Assembly (NCBI GenBank): GCA_013214425.1
Contig: JABSPN010000002.1
Coordinates: 1 to 31,093 of the forward strand
Origin: Flavobacteriaceae bacterium
Lineage (GTDB): Bacteria > Bacteroidota > Bacteroidia > Flavobacteriales > Flavobacteriaceae
DNA: 31,093 bases
Direction of reading: 5' to 3'
A model generated the notes under the pieces. That model was not told where the DNA came from and ran no database searches. It was given only the letters and a program-made list of their open reading frames with translations. Below, piece by piece: positions 1 through 8,204 of the stretch (within the stretch, counting starts at the first letter, position 1; every line of letters starts with the position of its first letter). A program made the position numbers and the translations under genes.

Positions 1-40
1 TTGCTAATGATAATTGTTTAATCTGTTTCATCGTTTTCAT
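1..40 (-). CDS. 5' end of probable second OmpH/Skp-family protein (runs off the window)
   Basis: Reverse strand from ATG at 40 reads MKTMKQIKQLSLA, a signal-peptide-like start 27 nt after the first skp stop. Bacteroidota typically carry two tandem ompH genes after bamA. Only 13 codons are visible. Confidence 0.55.
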   Translation of the reverse strand, partial: MKTMKQIKQLSLA

Positions 41-67
41 GTTTAATTTAAAAGTTCAATTTTATAT

Positions 68-937
68 TTATTTGTCATCGTCGTTTCCATCGTCTGTTTC
101 ACCATCTTCATTATTTTGCTCTCCTTCAGTTGCTCCATCTGCTGGTGGTTTCGGAGACCCGGAATTATTCCTAGCATTTCTCTTAGCTTCACGCTCTTCT
201 AATAATTTCTTTCTTCTCTCTTCAAATTCTTTTTTCTTTTGCGCTCTAATCTCCTCTTGTTGCTTTCTTCTTTCCTCAATTGCTTTTTGACGAGCTGCTT
301 TTTTCTCATCTAAAATTCGCTGTCTTTCAAGCTTGTCTTCATCGACTTCCTTTGGTACAACTTCTTCTTCAGAAGCCTCTTTTGCCTCTTTTCTATTTTT
401 AGCCTGATTACGTTTTGCAGTTCTGTTAATACTCTTTAATACTAAATCACTTATATCGTGTTTTTTATTTGAGTACAACATCGTAATGTCTGCAGCCTTA
501 TCAAAAACAAAATCATATTTTCTCGCTTTAGCTATTTCTCTTACCGCAGTAAAAACCTGATCTTGGATTGGCTGAATCAATTTTTGTTTTTGAATCATTA
601 GATCTCCATTATGACCAAATCTTTTCTGTTGATAGTCTAATATTTCGGCCTCAAGAGCTTTAATATCTTCTTCTCTTTCTTCTATAAGCTCTTTTGTTAG
701 TAAAACTCTTTCATTGTTTAAAGTCTCTTTCATCAAATCGACGTCTTTTAATCGTAATTCGATTTCTCCCTTCCATTGTTTTACCTTTTCATCTAACTGA
801 GTAGAGGTTTCTTTATACTCTTCTACATTTTCTAAGATATATTCAGTATCTATATAAGCTACTCGAATACCTCTTTGGGCAGTGACAAATTGCGAAGCAA
901 TTGTCATGATAATTAATAAAAGAACTTTAGTTTTCAT
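68..937 (-). CDS. skp: OmpH/Skp-family periplasmic chaperone with long charged C-terminal extension
   Basis: Signal peptide; RVAYIDTEYILENV and KYDFVFDK...MLYSNKKHDISDLVL motifs of OmpH; directly downstream of bamA. Confidence 0.9.
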   Translation of the reverse strand: MKTKVLLLIIMTIASQFVTAQRGIRVAYIDTEYILENVEEYKETSTQLDEKVKQWKGEIELRLKDVDLMKETLNNERVLLTKELIEEREEDIKALEAEILDYQQKRFGHNGDLMIQKQKLIQPIQDQVFTAVREIAKARKYDFVFDKAADITMLYSNKKHDISDLVLKSINRTAKRNQAKNRKEAKEASEEEVVPKEVDEDKLERQRILDEKKAARQKAIEERRKQQEEIRAQKKKEFEERRKKLLEEREAKRNARNNSGSPKPPADGATEGEQNNEDGETDDGNDDDK

Positions 938-953
938 AATTTATATTGTTAAT

Positions 954-971
954 AGAAAATATCGTGCCAAA
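954..971 (-). promoter_or_regulatory. sigma-54-like -24/-12 element upstream of skp
   Basis: Minus strand TTTGGCACGATATTTTCT versus consensus TGGCACG-N4-TTGC(A/T): perfect -24 box, GG-N10 spacing kept, -12 reads TC instead of GC. Confidence 0.45.
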
Positions 972-3506
972 TTAAAGTTGTCTACCAATAATGAAGTGAG
1001 TTTCCCATCCATTCTTTGTAGTTAATCCTGGTAAAGGATCAAATCCATGACCAAAATCTATCCCCAATAATCCGAACGCAGGCATAAATATACGAATTCC
1101 TAGCCCAGCTGAACGATTTAATTGGAATGGATTATAATCTCTAAATCCATCATAGGAAGCTCCTCCCTCAATAAATGTTAATCCATAAATCGAAGCTTGA
1201 GACTTCAATGTTATTGGATAACGTAATTCTAACGAAAATTTATTGTAAATAGTACCTCCATCTTGTGCAGATAATGCCTGGTTAGGATATCCTCTTAAAG
1301 CAATAGCTTCTCTACCATCTAAACTAAAGGCTCCTAATCCGTCTCCTCCAAGGAAAAATCTTTCAAATGGAATAACACCCCTATCATTGTTATAAGCTCC
1401 TAAGTAACCTAACTCTACATTAGAACGCAATACTAATTGATCTATAATACGATTAAACCATTCGGCTTTGAACTTAACTTTATAGAATTCTAACCATTTA
1501 AATCTCTCCTGATCTATTTTAGACACATCTGGATCTCCATTTTCATCCTGGAACTCTGGTTCATTTCCTAGATTACCATAATCAATCCCGTTTAATAAAG
1601 AATAAGGAGGAGTTAGTTTTACTGAGAGATTGAAATTCGATCCTCCTAATGGATATATTGGATTGGTATACGTGTTATTTCTACTAATACCAACAGTATA
1701 AGCAAAGTTATTTGAGAATCCATTTCCGAAGGTAAACAAACCGGTATTATAGTTCTTTAAGTTATAATGCTGGAATGTTAATGCATGTGATAATACAAAG
1801 TAATCATCTGGAACTTTTAAGTTCTTAGCCAATCCAATTGTAATTCCTGAAATTAAAAATCTTCTATCTCTATCAACATCATTGGCTCTGGCATTAAACA
1901 AATACTGAACTGTATGTGATAATGAAGTAGAGAACTGAACTGGTTTTTTCCCTCCTAACCAAGGTTCTGAAAATGAGAAACTATAGGTTTGGAAAAATCT
2001 ACTCGCCTGAAGTCTTAATGATAATCGCTGACCGTCTCCCATTGGAAGCGGCTTGTATTCTTCCTTCTTAAAAATATTTCTAATCGAGAAGTTGTTGAAT
2101 GACAACCCTAAGGTTCCAACAAAACCTCCTCCACCAAAACCTCCTTGAAGTTCAATCTGGCTAGATCCTTTTTCTACTACAGAGTATTCGATATCTAAAG
2201 TTCCCTCATTAGGGTTAACATTTTTGAAGTTTGGACTGATTTGTTCTGGGTCGAAGAATCCTAACTGACCTAATTCCCTGATACTTCTTACAACAGCTTG
2301 TTTGCTGTATAGCATACCAGGTCTTGTTCTCAACATTCTGTAGATAACCCTGTCATTGGTCTTATCATTCCCTACAATACTTACCTTGTTAAAGTAAGCT
2401 GGTTTTCCTTCGGTAATTCTTATTTCAAAATCAATGGTGTCATTTTGCACATTTACCTCAACAGTATTGATACTTGAGAATAAATATCCATTGTTTTGAT
2501 ACAGGTTAATTAAATCGTCTGCATCTGGCTTTGAATCATCCTGAATTCTTTTTTCTAAAAGAACTCCATTATACACATCCCCTTTTACGATTCCTAATTT
2601 AGCTCTCAGAACTGCATCAGAATAGACAGTATTTCCTAAAAAATCAATATCTCCAATATAATATCTATTCCCTTCTTCTACATCGATATCTAAAGTAATA
2701 TTGTTATCAGAGTTTTTACGCAGTGTATCTTTTACTATTCTAGCATCTCTATATCCGTTTTCTTTGTATTTATCTTCAACAGATTTTAAATCTTCTTCAA
2801 AATCTTCTTTGATGAATTTAGAACGCTTGTATACTCTAATAGGATTCTTCTTCTTAGTGTTCTTCATTGCCTTTCTGAGTTTATTATCAGAAAGCTTTTC
2901 ATTTCCATTAAAGTTAATCTCATCAACCTTAACTTTTTCTCCTTTATCGATGTCTACGATCATCTTAACCAAAGTTTTCCCTGTTGAGTCTTTCTTTGGT
3001 ATCGTACTAATCTTTATTTCAGAATTAAGATATCCTTCTTTTTGGTATTTCCCCTTAAGGTAGTTTTTGGTTGTTGTCACAAGGTTTTCTGTCACCTTTA
3101 CTCCTTTTTTGAGCTTACTCTCTTTAATGACTTCTTCTTTCTTTCCTTTCTTTTTAAGGCCCAATACCTGCACAACATCCAGTTCTGGAAGTTCTTGAAT
3201 TTCCAACTCAAGGAAAATCACATTTCCTTCTGTTCTGTCTATATAGACATTAACATCGCTAAATAAATTAGAATTCCATAGTTTTTTAATGGCATTACTA
3301 ATAGCCTCTCCTGGAATGGCGACTTCTTGTCCTTTTCTTAAACCTGAATACGTGATTACAGTTTGCTCATTAAAGCTAACATTCCCAGTTACCTTTATAC
3401 CACCTATTACGTAATCTCTTGCATTTTGAATTGATAAATCCTGTGATTGCGCATTTAAACATGAAAATATCGTTATTAGTACAACAATGGCTTTCTTAAA
3501 ATTCAT
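972..3506 (-). CDS. bamA: Outer membrane protein assembly factor BamA (Omp85)
   Basis: Multiple POTRA repeats, LRGYP motif, ELRYP...GLGIRIFMPAFGLLGIDFGHGFD barrel end. ATG at 3506 lies 4 nt after the uppS stop; the ORF-track start at 3542 is a TTG inside uppS. Confidence 0.97.
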   Translation of the reverse strand: MNFKKAIVVLITIFSCLNAQSQDLSIQNARDYVIGGIKVTGNVSFNEQTVITYSGLRKGQEVAIPGEAISNAIKKLWNSNLFSDVNVYIDRTEGNVIFLELEIQELPELDVVQVLGLKKKGKKEEVIKESKLKKGVKVTENLVTTTKNYLKGKYQKEGYLNSEIKISTIPKKDSTGKTLVKMIVDIDKGEKVKVDEINFNGNEKLSDNKLRKAMKNTKKKNPIRVYKRSKFIKEDFEEDLKSVEDKYKENGYRDARIVKDTLRKNSDNNITLDIDVEEGNRYYIGDIDFLGNTVYSDAVLRAKLGIVKGDVYNGVLLEKRIQDDSKPDADDLINLYQNNGYLFSSINTVEVNVQNDTIDFEIRITEGKPAYFNKVSIVGNDKTNDRVIYRMLRTRPGMLYSKQAVVRSIRELGQLGFFDPEQISPNFKNVNPNEGTLDIEYSVVEKGSSQIELQGGFGGGGFVGTLGLSFNNFSIRNIFKKEEYKPLPMGDGQRLSLRLQASRFFQTYSFSFSEPWLGGKKPVQFSTSLSHTVQYLFNARANDVDRDRRFLISGITIGLAKNLKVPDDYFVLSHALTFQHYNLKNYNTGLFTFGNGFSNNFAYTVGISRNNTYTNPIYPLGGSNFNLSVKLTPPYSLLNGIDYGNLGNEPEFQDENGDPDVSKIDQERFKWLEFYKVKFKAEWFNRIIDQLVLRSNVELGYLGAYNNDRGVIPFERFFLGGDGLGAFSLDGREAIALRGYPNQALSAQDGGTIYNKFSLELRYPITLKSQASIYGLTFIEGGASYDGFRDYNPFQLNRSAGLGIRIFMPAFGLLGIDFGHGFDPLPGLTTKNGWETHFIIGRQL

Positions 3507-3510
3507 CAAT

Positions 3511-4254
3511 TTATTTGTTAATTTGTTCACTTGTTTTCCCAAACCTTCTTTCTCTATTTTGAAAATTCATTACCGCCTCAAACATATGCTCTTTAGTAAA
3601 ATCTGGCCAAAGAACATTGGTGAAATACAATTCAGCATAAGCAATTTGCCAAAGCAAAAAATTACTAATCCTTTGTTCACCGCTAGTCCGTATTAATAAA
3701 TCTACATCTGGTAAATTTTGCGTGTAAAGATGGTTATTTATAACTGATTCGTCAATATTTTCAATAGAAATTATATTATTTTTAACTTTATCAGAAATTA
3801 GTTTTACGGTCTTAATCAACTCTTCTCTAGACCCATAACTCAAAGCTAATGTTACTGTAAGTTGACTATTATTCTTAGTCTCATCAATAACGTTTAACAA
3901 TTCCTTTCTGGCTTTTTTAGGTAATGCATCTATATTACCAATCGCATTAAGCTTAATATTATTCTCCTGAAGTTTTTTTAATTCTTTTTTAAGAGTACTA
4001 ACTAATAATTGCATTAGTTTGTCAACCTCTGACTTAGGCCTGTTCCAGTTTTCCGTAGAAAAAGCGTAAAGTGTGATAAACTTTACTCCGATTTCTGATC
4101 CTCCCTCGATGGCTTCTTTTACTGCTTTAGCACCATTTTCATGACCAAATACTCGCATCATTCCTTTTTTCTTAGCCCAACGACCATTACCATCCATTAT
4201 GACAGCCACATGTTGAGGAACTTTATCGACTTGTATTTGATCTTTTAAACTCAT
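3511..4254 (-). CDS. uppS: Undecaprenyl diphosphate synthase (cis-isoprenyl transferase)
   Basis: HVAVIMDGNGRWA, YAFSTENWNRP and DLLIRTSGEQRISNFLLWQIAYAELYF motifs. Confidence 0.98.
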   Translation of the reverse strand: MSLKDQIQVDKVPQHVAVIMDGNGRWAKKKGMMRVFGHENGAKAVKEAIEGGSEIGVKFITLYAFSTENWNRPKSEVDKLMQLLVSTLKKELKKLQENNIKLNAIGNIDALPKKARKELLNVIDETKNNSQLTVTLALSYGSREELIKTVKLISDKVKNNIISIENIDESVINNHLYTQNLPDVDLLIRTSGEQRISNFLLWQIAYAELYFTNVLWPDFTKEHMFEAVMNFQNRERRFGKTSEQINK

Positions 4255-4950
4255 TTAGAAAACACAGAAGCAAGGTTTATCTCCGAAGGTATAAGTAGCG
4301 GTAAACCCTGTAAAGAAGTACCAATCGTCACTATCGAGATTACCAAACTTTCTAGACAGATCGTCTTCCAATTCGCCAATTGGATTACTTCCGTCTAAGG
4401 CATCTGTTAATGAATATCGGGCTCCTATTTCGAAACCTATTGAAATTGTGCGTGATATATTTGTTTTAATTCCTACGACCATTGGAATAGCAAATTCCCA
4501 ATCTGAATCATACTTTTCAATATCATTATTAAAAGAATTTCTTGCTAATAGGTCATAATTAAAATAGTTAATCCCAGTAAATAGATAAGGTGTAGTTTTT
4601 CTTCTACCATCATAAACATCATAATCTAAGAAGGTAAACTCAATACCTAAAGAAAATTCTTTAATGGTATTATTAAAAGAATAATCTCTTTCAATTCGTC
4701 TAGGATCATCTGAAGCACTATCTTCCCCATTGATATTAGCATAAATAAAAGAAAATCTAAATGCGTGACGTTCACTTCTATTCCATTTAAATATTCCTCC
4801 GATAGCAAAATCATTAGGTGCTATGTAGCTAGTAGAACCAACATCTCCAACAAAATTGCTCCCGCCCCCAAAAAGCCCTACTTCAAAGGTCTGGGAAATA
4901 GCTATATGCGCTAAACATATAAACAGAAATGTTAATATCCTCTTTTTCAT
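4255..4950 (-). CDS. porG: T9SS-associated beta-barrel PorG (DUF6089 family)
   Basis: Signal peptide, EVGLFGGGSNFVGDVG start, EIGARYSLTDALDG and DDWYFFTGFTATYTFG barrel motifs; conserved position upstream of uppS-bamA-skp. Confidence 0.85.
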   Translation of the reverse strand: MKKRILTFLFICLAHIAISQTFEVGLFGGGSNFVGDVGSTSYIAPNDFAIGGIFKWNRSERHAFRFSFIYANINGEDSASDDPRRIERDYSFNNTIKEFSLGIEFTFLDYDVYDGRRKTTPYLFTGINYFNYDLLARNSFNNDIEKYDSDWEFAIPMVVGIKTNISRTISIGFEIGARYSLTDALDGSNPIGELEDDLSRKFGNLDSDDWYFFTGFTATYTFGDKPCFCVF

Positions 4951-4967
4951 ACTACTTCAAAAGTTTG

Positions 4968-4996
4968 CAAATATAATAATTAAGATCGCTATACAA
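4968..4996 (-). promoter_or_regulatory. Bacteroidota housekeeping promoter for porG-uppS-bamA-skp
   Basis: Minus-strand TATATTTG(CA) at 4975-4968 matches the -7 consensus TAnnTTTG, with TTG about 18 bp upstream; 17 nt before the porG start. Confidence 0.7.
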
Positions 4997-5048
4997 TAAC
5001 ATTGTAGCTATTTGTGATGTTAAAACTATTTTTCGGAGGTTTTATTGC

Positions 5049-5927
5049 CTAATTTCTCTTATCTTCTCCCCAAAGAAGCTTGTTCCGAAGTGTTTTTAAA
5101 AAAGAACCTCCTTTAGGCTGTATCATTTTTATCTGATAAGGAGCTTTTTTAATGGTTATTTCAGTTTTGGATTCAACTGTTGCAATTCGTGAATCTAAAG
5201 AAGTAAGAAATCGTTCTTCTCTTGAGCTAATTTTTAATCTAATCTCGGTATCATCAGAAATAACAAGAGGTCTTGCGTTTAAGTTATGCGGTGCGATTGG
5301 CGTAATTACAAAATTTTGAGAACCAGGAACTATTACTGGTCCACCACAACTTAAGGAGTAACCTGTTGAACCAGTTGGAGTAGAAATGATTAGTCCATCT
5401 GCCCAATAAGAGGTTAAATATTCATCGTTTAAATACGTATCAACAGTAATCATCGAAGTTGTATTCCTTCTGCTTACTGTAACCTCATTCAAGGCCACAT
5501 CAAAATCATTAAGTTCATAAATTTGTCTTGAAGGGTGAATTTGTAATAATGTTCTTTCTGAAATAGTATATTCCTTATCTAGTATAGACTCTACTGCTTG
5601 TTTTATTTCGTCTTTCTTAATAGTTGCTAAAAAACCTAATCGTCCAGTATTAATACCCACTATCGGAATTCCTGAATCTTTAATAAAAGAAATTGCACTA
5701 AGAATCGTACCATCACCACCTATGCTAAAAAACAGGTCAGTATCGCTATCTAATTCAGAAAAAATCTTATGATTTGATTTATCAATAACATCATTGTCCA
5801 TCAAAATTTGAGCATATTCAGCTTCCATGCTTACATCAACCTTATGTAACATCAATACCTCAACCAGGATCTTAATAAAATCTCCAGAGTTTTCGTGATA
5901 ATACTGTCCGTAGATTGCTACTTTCAT
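5049..5927 (-). CDS. nadK: NAD kinase
   Basis: GGDGT motif, GINTGRLGFL, ALNE, ADGLIISTPTGSTGYSLSCGGP, PIAPHNL. Confidence 0.97.
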   Translation of the reverse strand: MKVAIYGQYYHENSGDFIKILVEVLMLHKVDVSMEAEYAQILMDNDVIDKSNHKIFSELDSDTDLFFSIGGDGTILSAISFIKDSGIPIVGINTGRLGFLATIKKDEIKQAVESILDKEYTISERTLLQIHPSRQIYELNDFDVALNEVTVSRRNTTSMITVDTYLNDEYLTSYWADGLIISTPTGSTGYSLSCGGPVIVPGSQNFVITPIAPHNLNARPLVISDDTEIRLKISSREERFLTSLDSRIATVESKTEITIKKAPYQIKMIQPKGGSFLKTLRNKLLWGEDKRN

Positions 5928-5928
5928 C

Positions 5929-6585
5929 TTAAATATTTAGATAACGTTTCAAATAAGCTGATCGCTCTTGCAGGTTTTCTATATAGGCATCTCCTTCATG
6001 ACTGGAAATAATATTATAACCATAGCGTCTGAAAGTCTGCATAATTTCTGTCATTCCCTTATGACTTATCTTCAGTGTAATTTGAGCCAAGTCATTAGAA
6101 ACATTACTCAAAAAAGCTCCAAACACTCTCGCATTATTAGATTCGACTATTTGAGTAATTTCAGAAAATGAATAATCTCGTATACCTTTTTCCACTACGA
6201 GTACTGCTCCAGCTTCCAAAAAGAATGGCATTTCACTAAATAACGAAATCACGTCATTCAATTCGTAATACCCTATATACTGATTATTTTGATCTACCAC
6301 AGGCATTATGTTTGTAGAGTTTTTAGCAAAAGCTTCCAATACATCCAGCCAATTTGTTTTTGTATTAACAACAAATAGTTCAACAGCATATTGATAAGCC
6401 TCTATTTTCTTATCAGAATCAAAACAATACACGTCATTTTCAGAAATAACCCCAATAAACCCATCGTCATTAGCAATAGGAATATGTGAATAGGTAAGAT
6501 GATTTAGCATGAGTTGCAATTCTTCGATCTTACTTGTCAAATACTGGGGTTTGACATCATTAATAATATATTCAGTTAAATCCAT
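5929..6585 (-). CDS. CBS-domain protein with C-terminal ACT-like domain (AcuB-like architecture)
   Basis: Tandem CBS-like segments (SHIPIANDDGFIGVISEND, NIMPVVDQNNQYIGYYELND) and a C-terminal SEITQIVESNNARVFGAF...FRRYGYNII segment; stop 1 nt before the nadK start. Confidence 0.8.
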   Translation of the reverse strand: MDLTEYIINDVKPQYLTSKIEELQLMLNHLTYSHIPIANDDGFIGVISENDVYCFDSDKKIEAYQYAVELFVVNTKTNWLDVLEAFAKNSTNIMPVVDQNNQYIGYYELNDVISLFSEMPFFLEAGAVLVVEKGIRDYSFSEITQIVESNNARVFGAFLSNVSNDLAQITLKISHKGMTEIMQTFRRYGYNIISSHEGDAYIENLQERSAYLKRYLNI

Positions 6586-6631
6586 TGGTATAAATCTGTA
6601 TGCAAATTAATAAATAATACTTATTATACTT

Positions 6632-6639
6632 TACTTTTG
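6632..6639 (+). promoter_or_regulatory. -7 promoter element for pdxJ operon
   Basis: TACTTTTG matches TAnnTTTG, 20 nt upstream of the pdxJ ATG in the divergent CBS/pdxJ gap. Confidence 0.55.
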
Positions 6640-6659
6640 TAATTCAATTTTTATACCAA

Positions 6660-7373
6660 ATGACAAAACTAAGTGTTAATATTAACAAAATAGCTACGCT
6701 AAGAAATTCAAGAGGCGGAAACGTTCCAAACCTACTTAAAGTAGCTGAAGATGTTCAACGATTTGGTGCTCAAGGAATAACTATCCATCCCAGACCAGAC
6801 GAAAGACATATTAGATATCAAGATGCCCGAGATTTAAAACCTTTCGTTACCACTGAATACAATATTGAAGGAAATCCTATCAAAAAATTTATGGACTTGG
6901 TCTTAGCGGTAAAACCTACTCAAGTTACTCTGGTACCCGATAGTGTTGATGCGATTACTTCTAATGCAGGATGGGATACGATCCAAAACAAAGCATTACT
7001 TAAAGAGGTCATTGCTGAATTTAAATCGAATGGAATTCGTACATCCATTTTTGTAGACCCAGTTTTATCAATGATAGAAGGCGCAAAAGAAACGGGTACT
7101 GATAGAATTGAATTATATACCGAAGAATTTGCAAAACAATACGAGCAAGGAAATTCTCAAAGTATCCAACCGTATACTGATTGTGCTGTTCTAGCCAATC
7201 AACTAGGATTAGGAATTAATGCCGGACATGATTTAAACCTTGAGAATATTGAGTTTTTTAAAAACAATATTCCCGAACTTTTAGAAGTATCTATTGGTCA
7301 TGCGCTAATTTCCGAATCTATATACTTAGGAATTGAGAATGTTGTCAATATGTATCTTAACAAACTAAAATAA
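6660..7373 (+). CDS. pdxJ: Pyridoxine 5'-phosphate synthase
   Basis: LSVNINKIATLRNSR, GITIHPRPDERHIR, NIEGNP, QVTLVPD, IELYT, NAGHDLN, EVSIGHALI. Confidence 0.97.
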   Translation: MTKLSVNINKIATLRNSRGGNVPNLLKVAEDVQRFGAQGITIHPRPDERHIRYQDARDLKPFVTTEYNIEGNPIKKFMDLVLAVKPTQVTLVPDSVDAITSNAGWDTIQNKALLKEVIAEFKSNGIRTSIFVDPVLSMIEGAKETGTDRIELYTEEFAKQYEQGNSQSIQPYTDCAVLANQLGLGINAGHDLNLENIEFFKNNIPELLEVSIGHALISESIYLGIENVVNMYLNKLK

Positions 7374-8140
7374 TGCCGTTACTTCATTCTAAAATATTAG
7401 GCCAGGGACAACCTTTATTAATACTTCACGGTTTTTTAGGCATGGGAGATAACTGGAAAACATTAGCAAACCAGTTTTCTGAACATTTTGAAGTACATCT
7501 TATTGATCAAAGAAATCATGGTCGAAGTTTTCATTCAGATGAGTTTTCATATGAGCTAATGTCTTCAGATTTATCCGAATATATTACTCATTATAATCTT
7601 AAAAACTGTAACATCATAGGTCATTCCATGGGTGGCAAAACAGCGATGCAATTCAGCCTCAATTATCCCGATTTAATCGACAAACTTATTGTTGCTGATA
7701 TAGCTCCAAAAGTATATCCAGCCCATCATCAATACATCTTGAAAGCCCTTCAGGAAGTAAACTTCAAAGAACAAAAATCCAGAAAAGAGATTGAGGAGGT
7801 TTTAAAACTATATATAGATGAGTTTGGTGTTATTCAGTTTCTAATGAAAAATGTGTATCGCGAAACTAAAACAGATTTAGCATATCGATTCAATTTAGAA
7901 GTATTATCTGATCGATATGAAGAAGTTGTTAAAAGCGGACTTCCTGATAGCATTTTTGAAAAACCAACACTTTTCTTAAAAGGGTCTAAATCTAGTTACA
8001 TAACAAAAGCTGATGAAGTATTAATCAAAAAGACCTTCAACAATTCAAAAATCCTTGAAATTTCAAACAGTGGTCATTGGCTACATGCCGAAAATCCTAG
8101 TGAATTTTACACCGTTGTTATGATTTTTTTAATAAATTAG
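7373..8140 (+). CDS. Alpha/beta-fold hydrolase (YbfF-like esterase)
   Basis: LHGFLG oxyanion motif, IDQRNHG, GHSMGG nucleophile elbow, GHWLHAE catalytic His; TAATG overlap with the pdxJ stop. Confidence 0.9.
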   Translation: MPLLHSKILGQGQPLLILHGFLGMGDNWKTLANQFSEHFEVHLIDQRNHGRSFHSDEFSYELMSSDLSEYITHYNLKNCNIIGHSMGGKTAMQFSLNYPDLIDKLIVADIAPKVYPAHHQYILKALQEVNFKEQKSRKEIEEVLKLYIDEFGVIQFLMKNVYRETKTDLAYRFNLEVLSDRYEEVVKSGLPDSIFEKPTLFLKGSKSSYITKADEVLIKKTFNNSKILEISNSGHWLHAENPSEFYTVVMIFLIN

Positions 8141-8147
8141 CCAAAAA

Positions 8148-8167
8148 TTACTATGTGCGCATAGTAA
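8148..8167. promoter_or_regulatory. Palindromic candidate operator upstream of the FadL-like gene
   Basis: TTACTATG-TGCG-CATAGTAA: perfect 8-bp arms with a 4-bp spacer and no U-tract, 37 nt before the ATG. Confidence 0.6.
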
Positions 8168-8204
8168 ATTTAATAATCAAAACAATAAAAATTATTCAAT
8201 CATT

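Noticed and set aside
3507-3542. bamA start at TTG 3542 overlapping uppS
   Set aside because: ATG 3506 follows the uppS stop by 4 nt and yields a typical signal peptide; the longer start is possible but not needed.
4988-5008. Weak hairpin GCTATACAAT-AAC-ATTGTAGC after nadK
   Set aside because: Bulged, AT-rich and without a U-tract on the minus strand; cannot be supported as a terminator.
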